Positions 23,874-37,900 of a DNA stretch of 64,000 nucleotides are shown in pieces (within the stretch, counting starts at the first letter, position 1; every line of letters starts with the position of its first letter). Source of the DNA: Tubulanus polymorphus (taxonomy: Eukaryota > Animalia > Nemertea); the NCBI RefSeq assembly GCF_964204645.1, contig NC_134029.1:6138001-6202000 (forward strand), given 5' to 3'. A program made the translations under genes and the position numbers. Below the pieces are notes generated by a model. The model did not search any database. It was not told the DNA's origin and saw nothing but the letters and a program-made list of their open reading frames with translations.

Positions 23874-26800
23874 ATTAACGTATATACTACGTATATACCC
23901 GTTACTCAAAATTCCCATGAGTCGAATTCGAATCTGTAGTTGTAATAATTGGAAATGAACTACATTCGTACTAAAATTAAACACGCAACTAAGGAAGTGG
24001 AAATTGAACGGTTTTAAGCGACGGAAACCTGTTCAATACTGGCATGGCATTTGAATAATTGTTCTTTAAGCACTCAGCCCCTGGTGCTCAGAGAGGATTC
24101 TTTACACGCTTAATTATGAGTGCGTCGCTAACTGTTTCATAAACAATTTGCTTCCGTCTACACGACATAACACTCAACTCCGTGTATCTGAAACACATCA
24201 ATGTATATGGACACGAGGATATGTGAATGGTATACGAAAAACAAAACACAAATTGCGCTATTCACTTCTCATCGCACCGGACGTTGCCATAACAATTATA
24301 CGTATATGTTATATATGTTATGATATAACATGGCGAGATTACGAAGCCATTTATCCTTGATGATCAATTGTCATGACGAATCGAGCGCCCATGTCTTAGA
24401 TATGGTATACGGCATATATGCATATACGCCACGCTATATGAAGCATGGACGATTATTCAACAAGAAACCTAACTAAAATGATTATTGAGGCCTTGAAAAT
24501 TAACTAATTGCGTAGTATCGTCGACAATGAATGATGTAATGTGAATTGAAATTGAGGATCGATGAAGTTGTTTTGGATTTTAGTTTATCGATAATCGAAT
24601 TGAATTGACCGGCAACCAGTCTAGCCCCGATATATCGATGACGTAGTGCACATCCTCTCAAAACAATTATCAAAATTTATCATTAACAAAATAAGAGTTA
24701 TGAAATATATTCAATTACCAAATGAATAATCAACAAACACCATAACAGCGTCATAATCATGATTGTTATTTTGAAACGCCAATATCGATGACGTAGTGCA
24801 CATTGACTCACACGAAACCCGTCATATAAATGTAGTTTATTCTTTATCAAAGTGTTTAGTACACTTGTATGATAGATAATCAAAATAACAAATCTTAACA
24901 AAATAATCTAATACAAAATTACATGTTGAAAAAAACAGAAATATCAAGTTCATAGTAGTTATCAACGTATTTAAACATTATCGTAACGGTTTTACGGCGT
25001 CAAAAAACTACTGTATACTAGAGAATTTTAAAATTAAAGTATTGATACTTCAGTCTTTCACCGGAGGCCATTTTTCAGGTGTAAAGAAAGAAGCAGTATC
25101 AAGTTTGAGAGTTGTGAGTTGAATTTCGAGTCGGATGTAGAGTTAATTGAAAACGAAAGAGAAAGATGCTAAAATAAGAAGTGGGACATGGGCCCTTCTT
25201 CGTGAGACTTTCTATGACATTTTGTCAACGAGCACCGAGTCAAATTTCAAAAACTAGAAAACATTTTGTGGTAACCGTTACTACGTATATTGTTTTCTTC
25301 GATTACTGCAGGTCCGAATTCGTCAAGAAATTGTTGGACGACTATGATGAAAAGTTCCCGCCGAATATAGATCAAGGTAAAACGCATAGTATAAACGGAA
25401 ATCCGTAATATCTCAAATATGCATTATCGTATCCGGTCGTAGCGAATAACTCGCTACGAACCGTATCATAATGTTCTATCACCGCTATCATACGATAGCA
25501 GGCCGTCAATTGTAGCATCAATAAGATGGCTGACTTGTAATCCTATAAGTCTTATGATCCGTGTGAAAAGCTATGAATTTTTCTATTTCCATCATCTTAG
25601 AATTCTAATCTCATGAACATATATCGTTAACAACGATTTATTACGCAATGAATCGACGAATGATCTTGAAACGTATAGCAACAATACCGGTTCTGCGAAA
25701 AAATAGGATAACTTTTAAATCTTACGTAATATTTTCTATGCGATTAAAAGTGTATTTATTGTAAACTGGTTACATGTAATAACAATTCCGCGAAGGTTTC
25801 TGCAGTAATTGGATTCTCGTATCTCCGCGCATAGTCAATTATCCAACGCCGGAAAGATTTTTTGACTACCTCTCCAGTACGCAATTTACATGTTAATATG
25901 ATATATGCGTACATATATACTTGGAGTCCAGTCATGTTTTCTTCCTCAAGTGGTATAGCATGTTCCAGTATATGAATTAGGGGCATTACATAAATGGCCA
26001 TTAGTAGAAACCAAACTGTCGCAAATAATTTACCATGTTCGTGCTTTTTATACCGAAGGATAATTCGAGCTGGCTGTACGTCGTTCTCCATTATATTTGA
26101 CAAAATAAATGGTATTTTCGACGTTTTTCAAGATTCCCCTGTAAGTTATCATCGCATTAGCCAACAGATACGAGACGTTTGTGACCAATCATTGTTCAGC
26201 GTGGTTTAACAAAATGAGCATTGTGTATTCTGTATGGGTAATATTTTTGGAACATAAAGTTCCGCTGGTAGACCGCCAGTGACTAATGAAGAACTATGAG
26301 ACGTTTTAATTATATTGATTGGATTATTGGGGGATTTAGTTATTTCTTGTTGATTTCCAGCGTGTGATCTATCAGAATATACCTTTTGAGCTCCTGATTC
26401 TGCGCTCTGATCGAAAATCATCGTTTTCCTCATAAACGACGCAAGCTTAATCAAATCGAAAAGCCACGATGCATATCGAACGATCGGCTTAAAACAGAAG
26501 ACAAGATGACAGTTGTCAATTTAACAGTGCAGTTATAGAAAGCACCATCTGCCGAGAGGATAAAGATACGTCATTTTTATACGCAGAAACAGAAGATAGA
26601 AAAGCGCGAGATTCGTGTTTGATGACACTTTTTACTGACGCATAATTGCGGAAAAGCTAACTATCAACCACGACATAAAGTGTTATTCCATAAAAAACTT
26701 TTTTGTCATCTAGGATCCATCATAAAAAAGTTGTCGAAAAGAGGCTTTCGTGAATCCGTTTTATAACTACCATGCTACTTCATTTGACGTAGCTTTTAGG

Positions 26801-29800
26801 AATACTTATGTAACTAATTACAGCTATTCACGAGTCATTGCTATTATAACACTTGATGAAGCCAGCCATCTTCCGTTTTAATAAAACGTCATTTTCTATA
26901 AAAAGCCTCCAGTCGTATATATATGATTGGCTATCGGAATATCTTCTGCGATGAAGTTTTTCGAAGGCAACATTGTCGCCCTAATGACTTTGGTCTGTGG
27001 TAGAAGGCAAGTCGTTCAAAGGAGAGGGCATCCGTCTGATTATAGCAGTCAATACGTATAATTGATGAATATACGAACTATACAAAACTGAAGATTCAGC
27101 GTGAATGCTCGACGTGACAAGTTGATCCTGTCAGCTTTGCCAAAATTGGAAATGACGACCGATAACTTTATGCATATCAAAGATAACGTTTCTGATGAAC
27201 GTAGTGTTTCAAATAAGAGAAGAACAGCTACTCGGTATAGCCACTATACCATGTCGTTCACTCATAGCCATTACCCTTCCCCGTTTGTAAACATCAAATG
27301 CCACTTTTATTTGCAATACGCTAGCGTTTTTCGATCCGCTAGAGGCTACATCTCAAGATTATCAAAAGGTATCCCCCAAATTTAATTACAACATGTATAT
27401 ATTTCCATGACGGCAATACAAATTACCTTTGAAACCGCATTGCATACGTAGATACTCTGGTCCCATTTATGTTCAGAAGAGACCCGTAGAACTACAGTTA
27501 AACAATCCAGATACGGGAAATTATTCTAATTACTTGATTTACGTCAATGTGTCATTGCACACATATTTGAACTCAATTTAGATACTGAATTATTCAATGT
27601 ACCTGCTCTGTGACTCCGCTTACGTCTCTTAAATATCGGCCTGTGACCTCTTGGCCTTCTAAAGCGTGACTTGTGGGACTGACAGATGCTTAAAGCCCGG
27701 CGCAATAAACCTGTCGACTGAGGTAAAATATCTCGCGAGAACAACGTTCGCATCACCTGATACGTAGTTTCTCCTACGTGTCGGGGAAGAATACGATTAG
27801 GATCATCATAGTAACTTTGAATAAAAACCCCATGAATAGGTCGCTTTTTATATATCTGTTCATTATTGATGATTATTTACAGAGCATCCGACTATAATCA
27901 ACTGCAGCATCAACATATCAAGTTTCGACTCAATCAGCGAAATAAATATGGTAAATATATTAGATAATTTCTATCATTTGTTGACAGGGGAAAATCTATT
28001 TAAATGCCAGTAATTCCATTTTTCGAAGAAATTCGATAATTTTATTCAAAATCCATTTTTCTAATTTCGGTCATTTCTGCATCGCATCTATTTGCTAATT
28101 ATTTTATGACGGGCTATTCTAAATAATAACTTCGGGAGTATCTTAAGGGAGAATATAAGTAATAACACTTCTGGCATACTGTGACATTGGATACATCGAT
28201 CATAACCATGACTTGCACGAACTAGTGAAATTGTCTGATATATATTGTTTATGCGTGGCAAACTGTTTAGCGGAAATCTTCCATGCTCGACGATATATTT
28301 TTAAATCTATATCAATAATGGAGGCTTCTCGTGTTGTAATTCTCTATAACGCCTTGTATAATGGATCAATTTTTGCAGGATTACCGGATTACTACGTTCC
28401 TCGAATTGTCGTGGCGAGACCCTCGACTGAAATTTGACGATCTAATAAACGATCCGATGATAACCCTCGACGCGGCATTCGTCAACAAGTTCTGGATACC
28501 TGATATATTCTTCACCAATAGCAAACACGGAATGTTTCACGACATCACTGTACCCAATAAACTTATTCGAATTTACGACGACGGCTGGGTCATTTATATC
28601 GTAAGGTACGTCTGGTGGCCAACTCAATTCAATTCAAAGTTTATTGGTCAACAAACTAAATTTGCACAAAGCAGATAAATACAAAAAAATAAATACATGA
28701 GAATGGCAGACTTTATAAGTACACAAAATTTGACAGTAAATTAACATCATGATCATGTTACGATAAATGCCAGAAGATTTAATTATGTTATTTTAAAGAA
28801 GGCCTTTTTAAAGCATGCCTTTTCTTATATAATTCACTATATAACTCACCAAGATTCGTCCTGTGCAGTTAACTCAGTTGGTTGAGTGGAGGACTGGGAA
28901 TCAAGAGGTCCCTAGTTTGAAACCACCTCTGGCGTTGGTTCTCGAGACGCATAAATGGACTAAGCTATGCTAACTTATTAAGGTTATGCCATAACAACCT
29001 ATAAAAAGGCCCTTAAGACCCACTAGGGTTACAATGTTACTCGTAGTTGGGACGTAAAACTCTTCTTAACTAAGAGTCCAATTATACGGGGGACGCAACG
29101 GTAGCGTATAACCTATCAAATTAACACGAATATTTAATTAAGTACATTTCGCTCCGTCCTTATATAATAGAAATCGTGAGACAAATAGATATAGATGTGG
29201 TTACGATGAGGGAAAGTGACCAGACTAAACAATGTCTGTCTGAAGACATGTCATATTCATACGACCAGACACTCGAATATCCCTTCGAGGGCGATTGGTG
29301 CGGGGGAAATTGCAAATCATGTAGATTCGCACGGAGACTCCATATAAAGCAAGCGCCGAGAACTCGGTTGAAATTCATACTGTATAAGATCGTCTGATTA
29401 ATCGCAAGAATGTCCCGGATGACCAAATCGTTTGCAATTCGGAAACTATTCAAAGTTTCGACCATTAGCGTGCGATTGAGCACGAGATCCCAGAGCGCTT
29501 CGTAGGATTTACAACGTCAGTCGTATCTAAACCCGGTAAACGTCGCGAAGATCAATACGCAATTATTGCTCGGTGATGTATGCTTCATTCTAACCTTCGT
29601 CCTTATCCTTATTTTTATTCCAGGTTAACGCTGACACTGTCGTGCCCGATGAATTTGTACAAATTTCCACTCGATACGCAGATGTGTCGAGTGAGAATGG
29701 AGAGTTGTAAGTATCGTATTGCGGTGTGCGCGAAGAATTTAAATTGCCTCGAACAGCCCGAACTATATGCAACGCGACGAATGAAATATTCACTAAATCT

Positions 29801-31949
29801 AATTAACCGACCGAGTATGTGAAGTTACAACAAATCAATCGTGTATTTCATTCAAAAATCAATGCTAATTTGATTAAATGAAATGTCGGAGGTTTCCAAT
29901 GCTAATTGTTAAGTGGTGAATGATTTAAATATTGAAATAAACAATTTAAGCTACTCACCGCATTGGATTGAGGGCAATTACACGGGGACGCCGATGGCTT
30001 TCCGCTAACGTTCGAGTATCCTTAACTATGTACCACTAATAAACCTAGGCACTTGGAGTTGGATAACTCCAAAGGACCATTGAAAGTATCCACGAATTTA
30101 GTACCCGTCTTTAAAGCTAGGTCAAGTAACTTGAATCAGACGAAGATATCGTGATTAATTTGGGCAACCTGAACTCTTGGTTTGTCAATCGAACTGTTCG
30201 TGCTTTTTTCCAGTTGCTTTTACGACATCGCGAATGAAAATGCAATGGAATTACCCGTATCCGCTGGCATTCGATCGGTTCTTAGAGTTATCTCAATACG
30301 ACCTTGAAAATTACGAGGTCAAAGAATGCGAGGAAACGTATATAAACTGTAAGTTTTAATTAACGAAACCCCTGATCTTCGTTATTCTATTCAATAAAAG
30401 TTAGTTTTGTCAGAAAGTTTTATTAGTGTTTGCGTGATGTGTCTCAAGTGAGTAGATATATTTATCGTCAGCGAACACATGGGAATTCTCGACATCAGCT
30501 GCATTTATCATCGTGTTTTATCCGCGTACATTAGTAATTAGGCTGATACAACTCTCCTGTTCATCTTTCTAGCTACTTATCCGTGTCTCGAGACGCGGTT
30601 TTTCCTGCGAAGAAAAATCGGTGTTTACCTAATGCAAGTTTATTTGCCCATGATACTGATCGTGGTCATATCATGGATCTCATTCTGGATACATATTGAC
30701 GCTGTACCGGCCCGAGTGTCCCTGAGCGTGGTCACAATTCTGGCTATGATCACGCAGAGTTCGGGAATTCACTCGACCTTACCGAGGGTGTCGTACGTGA
30801 AGGCTATCGACGTGTGGATGTCGGCTTGTTTGGCGTTCGTGTTTGCGGCGCTGATGCAGTACGCGTTGATCAGCATGTACGTGCGTGACGAAATGAAGCC
30901 GGTGAACATTCGAAAAAGCATAAGGAAATTCAGCGAAATGAAGCCGTGCGGTGATGAAAATTACATAGTAAGTTTATTTCCTGGTGGCGCCGTATAAGCC
31001 TAGGTTATTGTATTTTGGTACGGATGCGTCCTCATCCCCCCTCAGCAGACTCGGACACGGCACGAACCCCTGTCTGATTAGCCTGTGGGTTAACCTATCA
31101 AGCACATGCGTGAATTAGCCAATCACAGTGCCTAGTGTATAATCGCTGAGGTAAACCTCATGTTATAACCCGGGCTAGAATAATGGAGTAATGCGGGCTG
31201 TCTGATAGGCTTATAACAACATCGTCTAAGCTGCGAATGAACATGCGCACTCTGGCTAATCAGGCAAGATTTCGTACCTTGGCAGTCTCGATACCATAAG
31301 GTTCGAATCCCTGCCGAGGGAAGATGACGCACACTCGGAATATTACCCATTTCGTATATCGGGGCTGTAACATGGAAAACAAATTTTGCTTTTTAACTTC
31401 GTTTTGGATTATTCCCATGATGCGGCAAACTTCCACAGATCCTGGCGCACGAGACAAACCGGTTGAGCTTGTGTGTTGGAACGCGAATAAGTACGAGTTT
31501 GCCGACAAATTGATTATTGCACCAAACTGACAAGTCGACTGTGATGAGAATTGCAGATCTGCGTACTTGTTAATATTCGATAAACCGTTTCAGGTCAACG
31601 GCAATGTAATTGGGTTTGAACCTTATCATCGCCCGAATCCCGCGGCACGTTCGTCTGAAATCGACCAATTTGTGGTTTTAAGGACGATCATATTACGTTC
31701 ATCGCTACGTGACAAAACTGAATATGATTGATGGTTTTCTTTCTTTTTCAGCAAAACCCGATGGCGGCGGACCAGGGGGTTAAGGCGCCCGTCGAGAGTA
31801 ATAAGATTGAAATTGACGGTAAAATGGCGGCAATGAGAGTAGACAAAATATCCAGACGCGTATTCCCCGGCTGTTTTCTCATTTTTAACATCATCTATTG
31901 GACGACGTATTGCTCAATGGAAGATGACTGGAAACCAGGAATGACCTGA
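23239..31949 (+). CDS. Cys-loop ligand-gated chloride channel subunit C (GlyR/GluCl-like), complete, ~420 aa
   Basis: Exons 23239-23330 (signal peptide MDVFCLFAVVFSCTFVLGSMHIAIA), 25312-25376, 27883-27950, 28379-28605, 29624-29706 ([15 protein letters not shown]), 30214-30348, 30573-30967 (M1-M3, PAR), 31752-31949 (M4). Total 1263 nt, same intron positions as gene B. Confidence 0.92.
23779..23868. repeat. (TA)n microsatellite, ~90 bp, intron 1 of channel C
   Basis: Perfect dinucleotide run, read directly. Confidence 0.97.
28866..29065 (+). mobile_element. tRNA-derived SINE (decayed), intron 4 of channel C
   Basis: A box taactcagttgg and B box gtttgaaacc at tRNA spacing. The stems are broken, so it is not a tRNA. 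The 3' motif gggacgtaaaac is typical of invertebrate SINE tails. Confidence 0.6.
31011..31342. mobile_element. Foldback element with long imperfect inverted arms, last intron of channel C
   Basis: tgcgtc..tccc..ctcagcag..acgaa..tgtctgattagcc is mirrored by ggctaatcaggca..ttcgt..ctgccgagggaagatgacgca. The right arm contains a Pol III B-box-like GGTTCGAATCCC. Confidence 0.5.
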
Positions 31950-34900
31950 ATTGCCGATAGTTCCATAGGTCAAGGAAAGAACAGTGCGCGACAAAAGGAA
32001 CATTGATCGTCAGTCGTGCGGTTGAAATACCAATTTTTATCATTTTTTCAACGCTATGTATCAGTTATATCACTAATTATCAGTATTTGTAAAATTAGTT
32101 TTTAGTTCATTCAAAATGGTGGATGACATTTCAAAATATTCAGCCGCCGATTACATGATTTACATGATTTCATATGTTCGAATAACCCGCATTATGTATA
32201 AAAAGAACTAATCATCTCATTTGGATTCGTCGTCGTTTGCACTGGTTTCGTCGGCACGGCAGAGATGTTTTATTATTGCGGATTTTTCATTCCTGGAGCT
32301 GTCACAGACGTTGAAATTAATGAAAATTTCATCGCTGAATGCGAGACGTTCAATCTACTAGTTACATCGGTGATACCAGACGCTTACAGGCGTAAAATTT
32401 CATTTCATTTGACGTATTATTTCTCTGATGCTGTTGTCAAAGCACTTCACGTCACATGTTCACAATCGTTTCTCAGGTGATGAACATACGATCAGAACTG
32501 ATTGAAGCCATGTGAGAAAAGAGCCAAAAAAGTCATTTATTTACTGTGAGGCAACCTGATGAAAACTCTGAAAATGAAATTTATTACATTTTCTTCCTTT
32601 AATCAGCTGTACCCAAGATCCAAGATACGAACTAACTAAGTGTTATACCAAAAAATTGTAAAACTCATACGTGTAACTCCCACTTTTCGGAAGCCTACAC
32701 TAGTGATATGGTATAGATGGAAAGGGAATTTGAACATGCACCAAAAACTTTCGATTCGGTCCAGTAGTTTTGTTGTGAACCAATGAAGGGCAATGGACAT
32801 GGGATGATTATACTTTACATCGTAAGAAGGTAACTGGGATATCTCTGTTCTGAAAGACTGTTAAGTTTCCGGCCCTACATGATGACTGTTAAGTTTGCAA
32901 ATAAAGCTTATTCTATTCCGTTATCCGTTTGTTAACTGAGTGATAATCCTAGTAAAAGTAGAAATTGCGCTGGTCGTATGGTCACGGCCCCATTCAACGG
33001 AGCCCCTGACTTTGATCGATGAATCAACTTCTGGAACCAAGAATTAGTGTCAATTTCCATCTAACAAAATTCCCTATCCATCTATCTCTGAAAAGTATAT
33101 ATGAGGTTTCGGTTTTTTGGAATAACTTGTGGGAAGAGTTTACACACGTGATAGTAGACTGAAAATCATTCACATTAGGAGAAATTCGCCCAAATTGCAT
33201 CATTGAAATCAAAAGCTACCGCCAGGAAAAATTATGAAACTCTAACACGGATATTACATAGTAAGAAGTTTGGATACTGTTAGTCGTTCGATATTGATCG
33301 TTCTGTTTCCGGCTTCTGCGGAATAAAGCGTGATGTCGTTGCATTGTGCCGAGTCACAAGTGGGTTCGAGTCCTGCTGGCTGCTCAGAGTGTGCAGGTAA
33401 CACTTCAAAAGTCTAATAGGGTTAGTCTTGTGAAACCAAGATCCGAACGACAAGGAAAGATGAAAACAAAACAAAACGACAGATGTATTTGTTGCCATCC
33501 GGTCGTCTACTGACAGTTCATTCTCACAGCTTGTGATTTTGTTGTACAGTCGTTTCTGTCCTCGACGCGTTTGGATTATTTCATATATCTACATAGTAGT
33601 GGTTTTAATTCGTCAAATAAGTATACTACGATTTCACGAATAAGCACGTGGATAGAATAAATCAAAGAGAGGGGGGAAATGTACAGTACTCAACGTATTC
33701 AGAAACTATGACAAGAAAAAAGTACAACAAAACGGAAAAAGGAAATGGAGTTTGATTATATCGTAGTACGTAGGTTGAGCATATCGGTTTCCAATCACTT
33801 AAAATTACAATATCCGCGATACAGCAATAAGAAGCAAAATCCCACATCAGAACATTGATTGAAAAGTTAGTCAAAAAATCATCAGAAATGTTTTTTTTGG
33901 TGGTGTTACGACCACCCTTCTTCAGTCTAAATCTTCAGATTGTCTTCAGATTGAAGACTGACGGTAATATTTCTTATTTTCAAATGAACATTTCAATCAA
34001 TTCACGATTTCATCTTCGGCTTATACATTATTTCGCGTTAGATAGGAGATGCTGACGCTGCAAATCCGGAAAGAACGTGACAACGAAGCAATCTAAAACA
34101 CATTTTAGCCAATTAAGTCTCGTGCGATGCGTCAACTATTTATCATCAAGACGCGGCCATTATAACCGGGAGAACCATTATAAATGCGAAAGTTCATCGG
34201 ATATGGTGTAGACGTCAGTAATTTGTTACACGACAGCCTTAGCCGGTCGTTAAAACCGTGAGACTTCTTTCTTCAATATAAAGAGACGAAGGGACGAAAC
34301 ACGGCGTGAAGAGAAATCATTTGGCTTTGGGAAAAACTTCTACATTGGCCATTTCGTTTAGAATTGTCGTGCGAAAAAATGGGCCAATGTAAAAAAAATT
34401 ATCGTGCCTCTAGCCAAATAGAAAATTTGTTTAGTATGGCCCGTATCAGATGGGTTTGTTGAATACGATTGATTAATCTAGGTAACTGATTCGTTACCTG
34501 ATTACTTATATCCCGTTATGTATTACCTGACATCTATGCATTTTGGATGAAATGCGCCAGTCTCCGCGGGGAACCGTGTCGCCCGTAAACGAAGCTGACA
34601 AACTCTATCAATGAAGCAGAAAGTGACAGTGATTGTAGTAAATTGACACGGCCAGATTCACGATCTCCGCGGTGACCTGGCCACTCGAGAGAAACAGGGA
34701 GACGACACAGGGAAAGGGAATACGGGTCTAGATAGAATTAACGAGTTGATAATGAACTTCGTCGTATGTATTTATGTATGGATGTGTGGTGGTATACTTA
34801 ATACAGTATTCTGGGCAGCCGAATGAGCATTCATTAGTCGTCTAGTGACAACATGTTTTCGTATAATTGATGACAACCATTTTTCGACAGTGTCTACAGG

Positions 34901-37900
34901 ATGCTCGAAACCGTGGTTGCTCGTGTTGGCTGTTAAACGTACTCTCGAGCCACTTTAGTATCGAAGTGGTCGAACCGAATCTCTGCCAGTATAGTCAACA
35001 GGGATTCTATACGTCACATACACAGAATATATTTGCAAAAAATATCGCGCAACGTTTTTCATATTCTTGCAACACGTGTTAGTATTTCCCGAAGCGTCGC
35101 GTAAGGATAACTGAATAATGAATAAAACTACATTTTTTTCGTATCAATTCTCTTTTTTTAAATGAATTTGTATTCATTGGGGGTTTTTATGTATTATTCA
35201 CGGGTATTGCAGCACATAACGTCATCCTATAGAACTGAACATTCCACCAACCTTTTGTGAAACATTGCAATATCAAGTACAAGTTTATTACTCTTTCCAT
35301 TATTCGTATTTGTCGATATTAACATGTATATTATTGGCATTGCATACTCTGGTACTTCATTTTACCACTCTCACTACGACTATACGCAATACTCACATCA
35401 TACATTCAAATGAAACGTATCCGTTTTGGCTCCGTTTAAACGAGAGGTTTGCACCCATAAAAAGTGACCCCCATTAATTCGCGCGAGTTGCTCTCGTCGA
35501 CTAGGCGACGTGAAGTACCCTTAGCGGGTGGATATATGTAATTCCACCTTCTATTAATTGTGTATGCTTCGATCAGAAATTCTATCTTTCGAGTAGCGTT
35601 TTCAAAGCAGATTAGTATAATTTTGAAATACGAGTAAAGCAATGTACCATTAGTCAGATTCAGTCCGTGTCTTGATAACTATACTTGCCGGCCGGTTCCG
35701 CTCATTCGAAATTTCCATTTGAAAGATATTGGACCCAGTATATCATATCGGATTTCCTTCTGGATGTCTGAAAATGTGAAATGATTTTTGAGCCATGCTA
35801 TTCGTCCCGCAGGATTACGATCTAATATGGCAGAGACAGTATAGTTAACATGTTGTCGCGAATTGAAAGTTTGGGATTGGAAGAGAATCGCTGAGAATCA
35901 ACATAGACTGCTTGAGAAAAATTTTTATTGTAAAATGATATCTCTTGGTAATGTGCGTGTTCGTTTTATAGAGTGTACGGTTTATCCATTTCTACCGCGA
36001 AATAAAGCCCTCTGGCTCGAAGCACGACACAGCAGCGGGTCTACAGCACTTTATGATTTCTGACACTTTGAAAGCAGTAATTGCACGTTATTGTAATCGG
36101 TGGGCTGTCCCGTGGACACATGGAGACGACTGGAATGCGAAAATATTTATCTGGACAATAAAGAATTTTGCGGCGTTTCGGAGTCTAACTTCAATTGGGT
36201 CTTCAAAGTCTAACGTGTAGGTATTGATTCCTTTGATAATGGGATTTATGCGACTATTCAATATTCGTCATTGTGGCCTTTCTTTGCGTTGATTGCACTT
36301 TCTTCGTAGGCGTGTTCAAGTTATCCGAGGCGATTTTCCGCTTTGGTAAACATGTGCGTCAAATTCTAAACATATCATTTTCGGCACAACTGGCGAAACA
36401 GTAGAATTGTTTCCACCGTATTGAGCGGGCTAATTGAGGCCTTGTTTAGCAAACATCTATATCACAACGAGATTGCGATTGTAAAAATATGTTCATACGA
36501 ATACATAACAACGTACAAGAGCGTTCTCATAACAGTACAAAAGGCGACCAGTACTGCAAACTTCGAACGAATTCAAATATTGGATTTTGCCGATGAATGA
36601 AGGCGTGGGTTATATCATACGTATTAGGCTAGGCTGCAATTTCGTGCGAAAACACGTTTCCATTCGAGTGACGTGTGATACGTTCTGTTAGTAATACAAA
36701 CATATCAGCGTATATTCCGTGTTGACTATCGGCGACGGTTAAATAAATTGGCCATCGCAACCGACTGCGGCAAACAAATCGGCTCAGTCGACATCCATTT
36801 CCTCGACAAGTATCGGGCTTATTGGTAAAGGATCTGAGAATAATAAGCGTTAGTCGTGTGTAATCCCGATGCCAGAAAGCGTTCGGAGCGCGCTACATTT
36901 CAACGGTGCTTGTCGACGCGTGGTTAGCGAAGATAATAGTTCTTAAACGGTACCGGTACCGGTTTCAAAACCGATAACTACCGTTTATTGATAACTACCG
37001 TGTATATCGACGCAAAAGCGACTTTGTCAATTGGATTGCAAATTTCGTCGAATAATTAGTCATTTATTTGCGTCGCTGATACTTAAAACGCCAGCGTTTT
37101 AAACGCTTCTGGAAACTTCGATTTCCGATTGTTTTCCAGACGCGCGGTGATATTTTCGAAAATATATTACAGCCACATCGATATCGGATATTTCTTATAT
37201 AACACCCGGTAATTATAAGTCGCATGAATTTCGTACCAGTTTCGAAGACGTTCTACTGGCTTTCGTCGCAAAGTTTCAACCACTGACGACGCGTTGTGGT
37301 CGCACCCGTTTTTCATATACAAGAAAATGCGAACATGTACAGACGCAAGACGAAGACGATTACAACATCGCCTTCTCGGTGATATCGCGCGTAACAACTG
37401 CTACCGCCAGCTCATTCGCTGCCGTAAAAGCCGTCTTCGATAAACCTGTCAACCTTGTCGACGAAATCCGACAACACGCATCGGCTGTAGACTTTACACC
37501 CCGAGTTATAGCGCGCCGATCGCGAGGATTATTCCAGAAAAACGCGGGAGCGGATTTGATCGTTTCTGAATCTGCGTTGAATTCCGGGGCTTGTAGCAGG
37601 TGGTTGTTATAAAGGACCCGGTATACAATAGCGATATAGATTTATTTATATGTGAGTTCTGTTTCAACATATGAAGCTGTGACGCTGTGTGCTGTTTAAT
37701 ATATATATATATACATATTGTTAGTCATATACTGATGACGGGAATATAACGGAGTTAATTCTACATCGCTAATCGGGACTCATTAAAATCCCCGGGAAAG
37801 GGGCGCACTCGGCGTTGAATTTTAAGGTGAGTTTTTACGTGAATTAAGTACGTATGCAATTGTAAGTAGATAAATTCTATACAGTAGGCGTTAATGATTA

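Noticed and set aside
23707-23984. ORFs encoding YIYIYI runs on both strands
   Set aside because: Translation of the (TA)n microsatellite.
24632-24803. 22-bp direct repeat atatcgatgacgtagtgcacat about 150 bp apart; similar short duplications near 1125-1275, 3761-3848 and 13683-13921
   Set aside because: Ordinary decayed local duplications with no evidence of function.
25756-26454. Minus-strand ORFs in channel C intron 2 with a faint transposase-like flavour
   Set aside because: No DDE triad, TIRs or other diagnostic motif could be identified.
33310-33385. GGTTCGAGTCC B-box suggesting a tRNA gene
   Set aside because: No cloverleaf or convincing A box; at most a SINE relic.
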